DNA of 64,000 nucleotides, taken from contig CAZIFG010000001.1 of assembly GCA_964539135.1 (NCBI GenBank), forward strand, positions 1,251 through 65,250, in the 5' to 3' direction. The DNA is from an uncultured Rickettsiales bacterium. GTDB taxonomy: Bacteria > Margulisbacteria > Marinamargulisbacteria > GCA-2716485 > CAZIFG01. Positions 27,916 to 37,260 of this stretch are shown piece by piece; positions within the stretch are counted from its first letter, which is position 1, and every line of letters begins with the position of its first letter. The notes under the pieces were generated by a model, which saw nothing but the letters and a program-made list of their open reading frames with translations, was not told the origin of the DNA and searched no databases. The position numbers were made by a program, and so were the translations under genes.

Positions 27916-27991
27916 TGGTGCGCTCGGTAGGAGTCGAACCTACAACCTCTTGATCCGTAGTCAAGTGCTCTATCCATTAAGCCACGAGCGC
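27916..27991 (-). tRNA. tRNA-Arg (anticodon ACG), CCA encoded
   Basis: Manual fold of GCGCTCGTGGCTTAATGGATAGAGCACTTGACTACGGATCAAGAGGTTGTAGGTTCGACTCCTACCGAGCGCACCA gives a 7-bp acceptor stem, anticodon loop CTACGGA and T-loop TTCGACT. Confidence 0.9.
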
Positions 27992-28007
27992 TCTGTTTAG
28001 GAGCCTG

Positions 28008-28016
28008 ATTGTATCA
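28008..28016 (-). promoter_or_regulatory. Possible extended -10 promoter element for the tRNA-Arg / hisI transcript
   Basis: TGATACAAT on the minus strand, ending 17 nt upstream of the mature tRNA 5' end. No convincing -35 element. Confidence 0.3.
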
Positions 28017-28115
28017 TATTTATGTGGTTGAATCTAGATTCTTTTCAAAATAGGGGGGAGGGCAACAATTTCCTGTGTTGATGGCTTTATTTCTCTATTA
28101 ACCTTGGACTGGTTT

Positions 28116-29918
28116 TTACGCGGGGATACCGTTTTCGGGGCTGTCCCCAATTTGAATGTGCCATAAGTCAGCGTAAAGGCCTTTTTTTTCTAAGAGGCTT
28201 TCATGGGAGCCTTCTTCTGCAATTTTTCCGTCTGTGAGTACTAAAATACGGTTTGCGTGTCTTAGGGTTGAGAGTCGATGGGCAATAATAATAGCTGTTT
28301 TTCCTTTTGTGAGCGTATTGAGATTTTTTTGAATCGCGCGTTCTGTTTCCGTATCTACGGAACTTGTGGCTTCGTCAAAAATCATGATAGGCGCATTTTT
28401 AAGAATGGCTCTTGCAATGCTGAGACGCTGCCGTTGTCCGCCCGATAATTTAATCCCCCTTTCGCCTACAATGGTGTCGTATTTTTCCGGTAATGTTTGT
28501 ACAAATTCATCTAGTTCGGCTTCTTTTGCAGCTTTGATGACGGCATCTTGAGGGAGTGTTTCATTGTTTCCGTAGGCAATGTTTTCGTAAATGGTGCCAT
28601 GAAAGAGGTAGACGTCCTGGCTGACCAGCGCGATGTTTTTTCTGAGTACATTTAAGGGAATATGGCGACTGTCTTCGTCATCTATCATGATCGAGCCTTC
28701 AGTTGGGGCGTATAATCGAAGTAGGAGTTTAATCAGTGTGGATTTTCCGGATCCTGTTGTGCCTGCGATACCAATAATTTCATTTTTTTGAATGGTGGCA
28801 TGAATGCCTTTTAAAATAGGGATTTTGTTTTCATACGCAAATTGGATGTTTTTAAGCTCTATTTTTCCATTTAGAGTGGTTTTTTGAGTATTATATCCCT
28901 CTGTTTGAGGTTCTGCAGGGGCGTCTAAAAGATCAAAAATACGTCGGCAACTTGCATTGGCACGTTCATAATCATCTAAAATGACACCTAGCTCTGTTAG
29001 GGGCCATAACATTCGTTGAATGAGCATGGAAAATAAGACCAATTCCCCAAGGGTTAAAATGCCTTTATTTTCTAAAACCCAGTAGCTTCCGATAAACAAG
29101 ACGCCTGCAAATCCGAGTGCGATGATCATTCGAATGAGGGGGACATATAAACTGGATAGCTTAATGGCTTCAATATTTGCGGATTTGTAGGCTTGACTGG
29201 CCGCTTCTACCCGCCTTTTTTCAAAGGCTTCGGCTGTGAAACTTTTGACCACTAAAATGCCGGCCAAGTTATTTTCTAGCCTACTGCTTAATTTTCCAAC
29301 ATAGTCTCTAAGTTTCGCATATTTGGGGGATATCTTTTTTTGATAATAGAGACTTCCCCAAATGACAAAGGGCATAGGGGTAAGGCATACAATCGCCAAT
29401 TGCCACGATGTTGTAAATAAAACGAGGCTTGAAAATATAAAAAGAATGCCAATTTGAACCAATTTGTTAAATCCAGTGTTTAAAAAGCGTTCAAGTTGGT
29501 TGACATCATCATTTAAGATGGCCATGGATTCGCCTAGCCGGTGGTTTTCAAAAAAAGATAAGGGCCTATTTTGGAGATGATTGTAGGTGTCTAATCTTAA
29601 AATATGTTGAATCGTTTGTGCCAGTGTAAAAAATTGGTATTGGTACATCCATTGAAAAAAACTTTCAAATCCAAAAATAATAAAGCCCAGACAGGCTAAA
29701 AAACCTGCCATTTTTAAGGGATCTTCTGTGCCTGTGATCATTGAAATCCAGTTCGGAGGTGTTCCTTTAACAGAATCAATGACCCATCCTACCAATAAAG
29801 GGGGCATGAGGTCCAAGATCTTATTTAAAATGCTTGCAGTGCTGGCCAGGCTTAATTCTTTATAATAGGGCCTAAGATAGGCGAATAATTTTCTCATAGG
29901 ACTTGAATTTTTTTTCAT
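28116..29918 (-). CDS. ABC exporter, fused permease/ATPase (MsbA-like type I exporter)
   Basis: Six-helix TMD followed by Walker A GTTGSGKST, signature LSGGQRQR and Walker B IMIFDEATS. Confidence 0.9.
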   Translation of the reverse strand: MKKNSSPMRKLFAYLRPYYKELSLASTASILNKILDLMPPLLVGWVIDSVKGTPPNWISMITGTEDPLKMAGFLACLGFIIFGFESFFQWMYQYQFFTLAQTIQHILRLDTYNHLQNRPLSFFENHRLGESMAILNDDVNQLERFLNTGFNKLVQIGILFIFSSLVLFTTSWQLAIVCLTPMPFVIWGSLYYQKKISPKYAKLRDYVGKLSSRLENNLAGILVVKSFTAEAFEKRRVEAASQAYKSANIEAIKLSSLYVPLIRMIIALGFAGVLFIGSYWVLENKGILTLGELVLFSMLIQRMLWPLTELGVILDDYERANASCRRIFDLLDAPAEPQTEGYNTQKTTLNGKIELKNIQFAYENKIPILKGIHATIQKNEIIGIAGTTGSGKSTLIKLLLRLYAPTEGSIMIDDEDSRHIPLNVLRKNIALVSQDVYLFHGTIYENIAYGNNETLPQDAVIKAAKEAELDEFVQTLPEKYDTIVGERGIKLSGGQRQRLSIARAILKNAPIMIFDEATSSVDTETERAIQKNLNTLTKGKTAIIIAHRLSTLRHANRILVLTDGKIAEEGSHESLLEKKGLYADLWHIQIGDSPENGIPA

Positions 29919-29956
29919 AGGCGCTATTTTAGCGTTCTTTTGAATCCAATTCTAGG

Positions 29957-30093
29957 GGGGCTGTTGCAAAACGCCTATTTTGGCCATCTGCGGTGCTATC
30001 CTCGTCCTCAAGTCCTCATTTATACCGTATAAGGGCTTTCGCTCTCGGAATGCCTTGCAGCTGATCCAAATGTAGGCATTTCGCAACAGTCCC
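29957..30093 (+). mobile_element. Palindromic miniature element, copy 5 (137 bp, 5-nt central deletion), upstream of the ABC exporter gene
   Basis: Family match with both terminal repeats. Flanks are CTAGG (29952-29956) and CTCGG (30094-30098), matching at 4 of 5 positions. Confidence 0.85.
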
Positions 30094-30112
30094 CTCGGTA
30101 TTTTTTAACTGC

Positions 30113-30370
30113 TTAATGGCTTACGGCAATATGCTTGTATAGCTTTTCAATTCGAATTTGAACTGGGGGATAGAGTGAGGTGTTTAAAGATTGAATGTCA
30201 TGATCTGGAAGTTCTGCGATCGGGGATTTCTTTTCTTCTTTTTTATTCTTTTCGTCTTCTTTTTTATTTTGCTTTCTATTTTCTTCGTTGGTGGGTTTTT
30301 CAACACGACTGGGTGCTCTTAATGGATTGAGCTTATACGTATTTGAATGACTGTGAACACTGCCTGACAT
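30113..30370 (-). CDS. Small Lys/Glu-rich hypothetical protein
   Basis: 85-aa ORF filling an otherwise non-coding gap. Low-complexity charged centre. Confidence 0.3.
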   Translation of the reverse strand: MSGSVHSHSNTYKLNPLRAPSRVEKPTNEENRKQNKKEDEKNKKEEKKSPIAELPDHDIQSLNTSLYPPVQIRIEKLYKHIAVSH

Positions 30371-30530
30371 ATTTCCTTCCTTTTTTAGGTTCCCTTAATG
30401 ATTATCGGCGTTTTTTGTGATTTTTTTCATGCACTATTATTTGTTTCTTTTTCAACCTTCTACTATTATTTTTGTAATGGATATCATACCCTACTTCTAG
30501 GGTTTTATCTTATTCATTTTAACTGTTTTT

Positions 30531-31220
30531 TTATAGGAATTTTAAAAATGGATTGTGTTCTTTTTCTTCTTTTAAGGTTGTATTTGGGCCATGTCCAGAA
30601 AGGATTAGGGTTGTGTTGGGTAAGGGGAATAGCTGTGTTTTGATGCTTGAAAGTAATGTTTTTGTGTCCCCAAAGGGGAGATCCGTTCGTCCTATACTGC
30701 CTTTAAATAGTGCGTCGCCTGCAAACAGAAGTGGGGCTTCGTTTATTGGATTATCTTGTAAAATACTGTCGACATAGGGCATAAACAAGGCCACGTGCCC
30801 TGGGGCGTGACCCGGTGTGAATAAGCACTGCGCGGTGTAACTACCTATAGAAATACTACTGATATTATCTAGCCATTGGGTTGCGGGGGGAGGGTTTTTA
30901 TACCCTGAAAACCCGTATCTTTCAGCCACTTTTTCGATGTTTTCTGACAGTGGCGTATCTTTTGAATGCCAATATAATTCAGGTGAAGGATGGTTTTCAT
31001 CTTTAATGATTTCGAGTAAATCTACGACACCACCGGCATGGTCTAGATGGCAATGGGTGAGTATGATTTTATCAATGATATAATCTTCAGTAGCGCTATA
31101 TAGTTTTTCGGCTTCGCCACCTGGATCGATAATGACAGCTTTTTTTGTGTGGGTATCTAGTAAGACCCTTGCATTTTGTTGATATTCGCAGACGGGAATG
31201 GTTTTAACGATTAGAGGCAT
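30531..31220 (-). CDS. Metallo-beta-lactamase fold hydrolase (glyoxalase II-like)
   Basis: THCHLDHAGG metal-binding motif, later GHAPGH and D..F.G..GR.D motifs. Confidence 0.8.
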   Translation of the reverse strand: MPLIVKTIPVCEYQQNARVLLDTHTKKAVIIDPGGEAEKLYSATEDYIIDKIILTHCHLDHAGGVVDLLEIIKDENHPSPELYWHSKDTPLSENIEKVAERYGFSGYKNPPPATQWLDNISSISIGSYTAQCLFTPGHAPGHVALFMPYVDSILQDNPINEAPLLFAGDALFKGSIGRTDLPFGDTKTLLSSIKTQLFPLPNTTLILSGHGPNTTLKEEKEHNPFLKFL

Positions 31221-31701
31221 TTTGTTGACTTTGAATTTTTTGGAGTGTTGCTGTTGTCGAGTTTCCCTCTATGAAGGATAGAATTTTTATCTTACCACCA
31301 TATCTATTTACAATGGGAGTTTCGGGAAGTGTTTCTGGTGTATAGTCTCCGCCTTTTACATAAATATCGGGTTTTAAACGTTCAATTAAGGCGATGGGGG
31401 TGTTTTCATCAAATAAGGTGACAAAATCAATAGATTCTAAAGCTGCAATGACTAGCGCTCTTTTTTCTTGAGTGTTTATGGGGCGGTCTGGTCCTTTTAT
31501 TCTTTGAATGGATGCGTCGGTGTTGAGCCCTAAAATTAAGAGATCTCCGCTTTCCTTTGCTTCTTCTAGATAGAGGACGTGTCCTGGATGCAATAAATCA
31601 AAACATCCGTTTGTAAAGACTACTTTTTTTCCTGCTTTTTGAGCGTTTTGAACTATGGCCTGAAGGTCATCTTGTGTTTTTATTTTATCTTTAATTGTCA
31701 C
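31204..31701 (-). CDS. D-glycero-beta-D-manno-heptose 1-phosphate adenylyltransferase (RfaE domain II as a separate protein)
   Basis: Cytidylyltransferase motif FTNGCFDLLHPGHVLYL, 165 aa. Confidence 0.85.
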   Translation of the reverse strand: MTIKDKIKTQDDLQAIVQNAQKAGKKVVFTNGCFDLLHPGHVLYLEEAKESGDLLILGLNTDASIQRIKGPDRPINTQEKRALVIAALESIDFVTLFDENTPIALIERLKPDIYVKGGDYTPETLPETPIVNRYGGKIKILSFIEGNSTTATLQKIQSQQNASNR

Positions 31702-32653
31702 AGAATTCCTGCTCTAATTCGCTGAAGTGAATGGGAGCTGTTCCCATTTTTCCAACAACGATGCCCGCTGCATGATTCGCAATGCTTGCCGCTTTTTCTA
31801 AGGAAGCACCTGCAGAAAGTGCGGTGGCTAATGTTGCAATGACAGTGTCTCCTGCACCGGTGATATCAAATACTTCTTTGGCTTTTGTGGGGATGTCGAG
31901 CTTATTTGAGCGGGTGATTAGAGACATTCCTTTTTCAGATCGTGTGACCAATAAGGCCTCTAAATTGAGGGCCTCAATGACGTTTTTTGCCACTGAAAAA
32001 ATGATTTCTTCGGAGCTTAGCTTGAGAGGAGAAATGGCGGTGAATTCTGCGAAATTAGGGGTTAGGAGTGTGGCCCCTTTATATTTTGTATAAGAATCTC
32101 CTTTGGGATCTACAATGATAGGCAAGTTGTGTGTTTTTGCGTTTTCAATGATGAACTTGAGCATGCTTTCGGGGAGTGTGCCTTTTTCATAGTCGGAAAT
32201 GAGGACGCAGCTTACTTTTGGAAGAATTAGGCGTACTTTTTCTTGAATTTGAGCCAGTGTTCTTTCAGATAGTGGGTCCGTGGATTCGCGATCAACTCTT
32301 GCGACGTGTTGGTGGTGGGCAATGATTCTTGATTTTAAAACAGTGGGTTTTTCTGGGGTGTGAATCAGGCCTTCTGTTTCAATGTGGGCTTCATTTAAGA
32401 GGGATTTTAATTTTTCGCCACTGCTGTCTTTTCCGATGGTTCCAATTAAAAAAACCGTTGCGCCTAGGGCTTTAATATTATGCGCAACATTCGCAGCGCC
32501 TCCAGGTACGAGTGTTGTGGTTTTAACTTTACAGACGGGGACAGGGGCTTCTGGAGATATTCGGCTCACTTCGCACCAATGATATTCATCTAGCATGACA
32601 TCTCCGATAACCAGCAAGGATGTTGAGGGAAATGCGTTAATGAGTGTTTTCAT
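31691..32653 (-). CDS. D-glycero-beta-D-manno-heptose-7-phosphate kinase (RfaE domain I as a separate protein)
   Basis: PfkB ribokinase family: GGAANVA and DITGAGDTV motifs, 320 aa. Confidence 0.85.
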   Translation of the reverse strand: MKTLINAFPSTSLLVIGDVMLDEYHWCEVSRISPEAPVPVCKVKTTTLVPGGAANVAHNIKALGATVFLIGTIGKDSSGEKLKSLLNEAHIETEGLIHTPEKPTVLKSRIIAHHQHVARVDRESTDPLSERTLAQIQEKVRLILPKVSCVLISDYEKGTLPESMLKFIIENAKTHNLPIIVDPKGDSYTKYKGATLLTPNFAEFTAISPLKLSSEEIIFSVAKNVIEALNLEALLVTRSEKGMSLITRSNKLDIPTKAKEVFDITGAGDTVIATLATALSAGASLEKAASIANHAAGIVVGKMGTAPIHFSELEQEFCDN

Positions 32654-32687
32654 AATAGCTCCATTTTAACGGTATTTTTTGCTTTCG

Positions 32688-33011
32688 TTAATCCCTAATC
32701 TCATTGTGTTCGGCCTGACCTTCTTCTGAAGGGGACTCTTTTTTTACAGGCATAGAGGTATTTTGATGCGTTTCTCTTACCACTATTATAGGAGGGGCTT
32801 CTTCTGTGTCTATAGATATTTTTTCAGTTTTGGCCCCATTTTCTGTGATGAATTTGAAGTCAAAACCGGAGCGTCCTTTGATGTCGTATTTTTTTCGTGT
32901 GATAAATTTTGTTGTGAATGGCAGTTCTTCGTCTGGAACAGGATCATAGCTGAGTCCATATATTGGTTGAATGCTGAGTATGATTATGTATAAATACAGT
33001 ATTTTTTTCAT
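32688..33011 (-). CDS. Small secreted hypothetical protein
   Basis: Signal-like N-terminus MKKILYLYIIILSIQPIYG. 107 aa. Confidence 0.4.
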   Translation of the reverse strand: MKKILYLYIIILSIQPIYGLSYDPVPDEELPFTTKFITRKKYDIKGRSGFDFKFITENGAKTEKISIDTEEAPPIIVVRETHQNTSMPVKKESPSEEGQAEHNEIRD

Positions 33012-33071
33012 GAGGGTCCTTTAGAATTTATTCTATAGACTTTTTTTACTTTATGCTATACTTTCGCCACA

Positions 33072-34871
33072 ATGAAGAAGATACGAAACTTTTCTATTAT
33101 CGCCCATATTGATCATGGCAAGTCTACCTTGTCAGATCGGCTCATTCAAGCTACGCATACTGTTGAAGATCGTGAGATGAAAAATCAGCTTTTGGATTCT
33201 ATGGATTTAGAGCGGGAACGTGGTATTACGATTAAAATGCAAGCGGTTCGTTTGGATTATCGTGCCAATGATGGTGAAGATTATATTTTAAATTTAATTG
33301 ATACGCCGGGGCATGTTGATTTTAGTTATGAAGTTTCTCGTTCTTTGGCTGCTTGTGAAGGGGTCCTACTTCTGGTTGATGCGGCTCAGGGGATTGAGGC
33401 TCAAACCATGGCTAATTTTTATTTGGCCTTAGAACATAATTTAGAGGTCATTCCTGTTGTGAATAAGATTGATCTTCCTTCCGCAGATCCAGATCGCGTT
33501 TTGGAAGAAATTGAGCGTGTTTTGGGGATTCCTGCCAGTGATTGTTTATTATGTAGCGCCAAAACGGGGATAGGAATTCCGGCTATTTTGGAAGCCATTG
33601 TGAAGAAAATTCCCTGTCCAAAGCCCCTTGAGACTGAAAACGATAAAACAAAGGCCCTAATTTATGATGCCCATTATGACGATTATAGAGGGGTTATTTC
33701 GTATGTCCGTGTTTTTAGTGGGGAATTGGTTAAGGGACAGCGTATTCGCATGATGGCGGCAGACATTAGTTCGGATGTGATGGATATTGGTTTTTTTAAA
33801 CCTAAAATGACCTCTGCTTCACGGCTTGGGCCTGGAGAGGTTGGGTATTTGATTACTGGTATTAAGTCTGTAGAGCAGTCTCGTGTGGGGGATACTGTTA
33901 CGACCTTAAAGCAGGGGGCAGAGGCGCCTCTTCCTGGTTATCGAGATGCAAAACCCATGGTTTTTTGTGGCTTTTATCCTGTGGATACAGAGCAGTTTAA
34001 GGATTTAGGGGATGCGCTTCATAAGCTTAAATTGAATGATGCCTCCTTGCAGTTTGAAACAGAGTCGTCTCAGGCTCTTGGGTTTGGGTATCGATGTGGA
34101 TTTTTAGGCTTGCTTCATATGGAGATTATTCAGGAGCGTATTCAACGTGAATTTAACATTGAAATTGTGGTAACTGCGCCTAACGTTACGTATCGTGTTT
34201 TAACTACACAGGGAGATATTAAGCTGATTGAAAATCCCAGTGCCTTTCCGGATCCTTCTACGATTGATTCGATGGAAGAGCCGTTTATGGGGGTTTCGAT
34301 TATCACGCCTAATTTATATTTGGGAACGGTTATGGAATTGGCAAAAGAGGCAAGGGGGATTTATAAAAAAACAGAATATTTAGATGCAGAACGGCAGATT
34401 CTAACCTTTAGCTTGCCTTTAAATGAACTGATTACAAACTTTTTTGATCAATTAAAATCTAGAACAAAAGGCTACGCCAGTATGGATTATTGGGAAGAGG
34501 ATTATCAGACTTCAGATTTGGTGAAGGTGGATCTTTTGATTAATGGGGATCCTGTGGATGCGCTTTCTTTTGTGGCGCACCGTTCTAAGGCGCGATCTAC
34601 AGCGGTTCATTTGGCTTTAAAATTGAAGGAAATTATTCCCAGACAGATGTATGAAGTTGCGATCCAAGGGGCCATTGGTGGAAATGTGTTGTGTCGAGAA
34701 ACCATTAAAGCCATGCGTAAAAATGTGACGGCTAAATGTTATGGCGGGGATATTAGTCGAAAACGAAAACTTTTGGAAAAGCAAAAAGAAGGTAAGAAAA
34801 GAATGAAACAAGTGGGGTCTATTCAAGTGCCTAAAGAGGCCTTTTTGTCGATTTTAAAAACGGAGTCCTAG
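33072..34871 (+). CDS. lepA: Elongation factor 4 (LepA)
   Basis: GTPase motifs [14 protein letters not shown] and NKID, plus the LepA-specific C-terminal domain. 599 aa. Confidence 0.95.
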   Translation: MKKIRNFSIIAHIDHGKSTLSDRLIQATHTVEDREMKNQLLDSMDLERERGITIKMQAVRLDYRANDGEDYILNLIDTPGHVDFSYEVSRSLAACEGVLLLVDAAQGIEAQTMANFYLALEHNLEVIPVVNKIDLPSADPDRVLEEIERVLGIPASDCLLCSAKTGIGIPAILEAIVKKIPCPKPLETENDKTKALIYDAHYDDYRGVISYVRVFSGELVKGQRIRMMAADISSDVMDIGFFKPKMTSASRLGPGEVGYLITGIKSVEQSRVGDTVTTLKQGAEAPLPGYRDAKPMVFCGFYPVDTEQFKDLGDALHKLKLNDASLQFETESSQALGFGYRCGFLGLLHMEIIQERIQREFNIEIVVTAPNVTYRVLTTQGDIKLIENPSAFPDPSTIDSMEEPFMGVSIITPNLYLGTVMELAKEARGIYKKTEYLDAERQILTFSLPLNELITNFFDQLKSRTKGYASMDYWEEDYQTSDLVKVDLLINGDPVDALSFVAHRSKARSTAVHLALKLKEIIPRQMYEVAIQGAIGGNVLCRETIKAMRKNVTAKCYGGDISRKRKLLEKQKEGKKRMKQVGSIQVPKEAFLSILKTES

Positions 34872-34875
34872 TCGG

Positions 34876-36234
34876 ATGTCCCTTGGCCCTCGATTGAGGG
34901 TAGACTCTCTTTCTTTGGATTTTTTACCTTTGGTTGATTTGTTTCATGCTGCGCCAGGCTTTGTATGGTTAGACAGTTCGGATGAGACGTCTTCTTTTTC
35001 TCATGTTTCTATTGTGGTTTGGGAACCGCCCTTAACCTTGTCTTTGGAAGATGGGGTTGTTTATCGGTCTTCTTTTTATGAAAAAACAGTGCTTTCTACG
35101 GATATTTTTGAAACCTTGGCTTTACATTTAAAGGAGATTCCTTCTCTTGAATCTGCAGACCTTCCTTTTGTTGGGGGATTTGTTGGCGGAATTGCCTACT
35201 CTACGGCGCGACATTTCCCGGATTTTTCTGCTTTGGCGGCATTTAAAGGGTGTGAGGCTTGGTTTGGTCTTTATGATAGAGGCTTTGTATTTAACCATCA
35301 CAGCAATCAGCTCTATTTTTTTTCTTCTGATGTAGCAGGGCGTGACGTTATTTCTTTTGATCAGGTGATGATTCCAGACCCTGCTTTGGCTTCTTTTTCC
35401 TGTACAATTCCTCAATCGTCTTGTGATTTTAAGGCTTATTTAAAGCGCTTTTCTGAGGTGAAAAACTATATTTCTGCTGGCGATATTTATCAGGCCAATA
35501 TCTCTATTCCATTTTATGGTGTGTTTCAGGGGGATCCGTTCTGGTATTACTTGGCATTGCGTGCTGCTTCTCCGGCACCTTTTTCAGGATTTTTATCATC
35601 ACCTTATTTTACCCTTTGCTCCTCTTCTCCAGAGTGTTTTCTTTCTATTGACGGCTTAAACGTCAAGACTTGGCCCATTAAAGGAACGATCTCTCGAAAG
35701 GCCTCTTTTGAGGCCGATTTAGCTCAAAAAGAACGTTTATATGTTTCAGAAAAAGATAGTGCAGAGTTGACCATGATTTTGGATTTGGAGCGCCATGATT
35801 TATCGCTTGTTTGTGAGCCTGGGAGTATTGAGGTTCCCATTTTAAAACAGGTGGAAACCTTTGCGTATTTACACCATTTGGTTGGCTGTGTTTCAGGTAC
35901 CTTGAAACAGGATGTTTCGCCTGTTTTTTGTTTAAAAGCACTTTTTCCTGGGGGCTCTATTGTGGGGGCTCCTAAAATTCGAGCGGCTGAAATTATACAG
36001 GAGCAGGAGGTGACTTCTAGAGGCTTTTATACTGGATCTATGGGTTTTTTTGGCTGTAATGGTAGACATTCTTTTAATTTGCTGATTCGATCTGTTGTTT
36101 TCTCGGATCAGGCCTTTAGTTATCATGTTGGGAGTGGCATTGTTTCTGATTCAGATCCTTCTTCAGAGTGGGCTGAAATCCAGGTTAAAGCAAAAGGAAT
36201 GGCAAAGGCCTTGTCTGCTTTTATTTTACCATGA
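34876..36234 (+). CDS. pabB: Aminodeoxychorismate synthase component I (chorismate-binding enzyme)
   Basis: Chorismate-binding C-terminal region (FPGGSIVGAPK, RGFYTGSMG). Followed by a class IV aminotransferase-fold gene. Confidence 0.7.
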   Translation: MSLGPRLRVDSLSLDFLPLVDLFHAAPGFVWLDSSDETSSFSHVSIVVWEPPLTLSLEDGVVYRSSFYEKTVLSTDIFETLALHLKEIPSLESADLPFVGGFVGGIAYSTARHFPDFSALAAFKGCEAWFGLYDRGFVFNHHSNQLYFFSSDVAGRDVISFDQVMIPDPALASFSCTIPQSSCDFKAYLKRFSEVKNYISAGDIYQANISIPFYGVFQGDPFWYYLALRAASPAPFSGFLSSPYFTLCSSSPECFLSIDGLNVKTWPIKGTISRKASFEADLAQKERLYVSEKDSAELTMILDLERHDLSLVCEPGSIEVPILKQVETFAYLHHLVGCVSGTLKQDVSPVFCLKALFPGGSIVGAPKIRAAEIIQEQEVTSRGFYTGSMGFFGCNGRHSFNLLIRSVVFSDQAFSYHVGSGIVSDSDPSSEWAEIQVKAKGMAKALSAFILP

Positions 36235-36298
36235 TCAATGGTATTTTAATCAACGTGTAGTGGAATTTAATACAATTAACGACAAAAGGGGTATCCTT

Positions 36299-37138
36299 AT
36301 GACACAGTCTGTTTTTCCAATTTTATCTGTCAATTTTGAATTTAAGTCTGCCGAAATGGTACCGTTTCCGTTTATGGATTATGGGTTTTTGTATGGATAT
36401 GGCCTTTTTGAAACGATTCGAATTTCTAAGGGGCATGCTATTCTTCTTAAAAAACATTTACATCGTTTAAGGCAGGCCGCTACGATTTTGGATATTCCGA
36501 TGGAAGATAGTGACGCGCATTATGCGGCGCATATTGAAGATTTAATCGAAAAAAACAACACTCGAGATGCTGTTCTTAATATTTATTTAACACCTGGAAA
36601 TCGTGAAAAAGATCCCTCTCAAATTGTATTTGGGGATTCTATGGTGATGATGGTTTTGCGGGATTTTCCTGATATTAAGGTTGAATATCGTCATAGCCTG
36701 TCTTTTTCTCAGGAGTCTTTTCAGCGCACACCTTTGGATGGATTCAAAACGATGAGTTGGATGAAAAACATTCTCGAGCGTAAGCTTTCCTTGGGGTATG
36801 ATGATGTGCTTTTATATTCAGCGGACAAAGAAATTTTGGAAGCTTCGATGTCGAATGCTTTTTTTGTCAAAGGGGATTTGTGTTATACCTCCAGTTCCCC
36901 AGTTGTTTTAAGGGGCGTGACGCGTCAATTTTTATTGGATAAGGCCAGTGAAATTGGTATTGAGATTGTGGAATGTCAAATCATGAAATCGGATCTTAAT
37001 GATATGGAAGAGATTTTTTTGACGAATGCAGTGAGAGGGATTATGTTGGTAGACTCTGTTAAAGGATTGCCTCATTTGAAATCTGGAAAAATAGCCCAAT
37101 TGATGCAGTTGAGATATCGACAACTTTTAGGGGTTTAA
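36299..37138 (+). CDS. pabC: Aminodeoxychorismate lyase (class IV aminotransferase fold)
   Basis: GFLYGYGLFET, K..SW motif region and TNAVRGI near the C-terminus. Start set at the ATG after the pabB stop. Confidence 0.65.
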   Translation: MTQSVFPILSVNFEFKSAEMVPFPFMDYGFLYGYGLFETIRISKGHAILLKKHLHRLRQAATILDIPMEDSDAHYAAHIEDLIEKNNTRDAVLNIYLTPGNREKDPSQIVFGDSMVMMVLRDFPDIKVEYRHSLSFSQESFQRTPLDGFKTMSWMKNILERKLSLGYDDVLLYSADKEILEASMSNAFFVKGDLCYTSSSPVVLRGVTRQFLLDKASEIGIEIVECQIMKSDLNDMEEIFLTNAVRGIMLVDSVKGLPHLKSGKIAQLMQLRYRQLLGV

Positions 37139-37161
37139 GGTCTTGAAAAAGGGGTACGATA

Positions 37162-37190
37162 TTGACAACTAAAGCCTCATTTGTTAGAGT
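37162..37190 (+). promoter_or_regulatory. Candidate sigma-70 type promoter ahead of the flagellar cluster
   Basis: TTGACA (37162-37167), 17-nt spacer, TAGAGT (37185-37190). Confidence 0.35.
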
Positions 37191-37260
37191 GTTTTTGGTT
37201 TAGATTTTACTGGCGTTTATTTCGTTTTCTTGTATACTTTCCTTAAAAAAGGATTTTAAT

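Noticed and set aside
27894-27977. N-terminal extension of the hisI ORF ([21 protein letters not shown]...)
   Set aside because: This segment is the tRNA-Arg gene read as protein. The hisI start was moved to the ATG at 27893.
3756-30093. Whether the repeated 136-142-bp units could be a CRISPR array or a tandem repeat
   Set aside because: Copies are separated by 3-12 kb of ordinary genes, are far longer than CRISPR repeats, and have terminal inverted repeats with flanking duplications. No cas genes are present.
30398-30643. Hydrophobic 81-aa plus-strand ORF
   Set aside because: It overlaps the 3' end of the MBL-fold hydrolase gene on the opposite strand and consists of T-rich codons typical of AT-rich non-coding frames.
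36095-36298. Upstream extension of the pabC ORF
   Set aside because: It overlaps the pabB 3' end in another frame. Class IV aminotransferase similarity begins after the ATG at 36299.
37210-37235. Possible sigma-54 promoter (TGGCGT-N4-TCGT) ahead of the flagellar cluster
   Set aside because: Only the GG of the -24 box and part of the -12 box match TGGCAC-N5-TTGC. This is too weak to call without a search or transcription start data.
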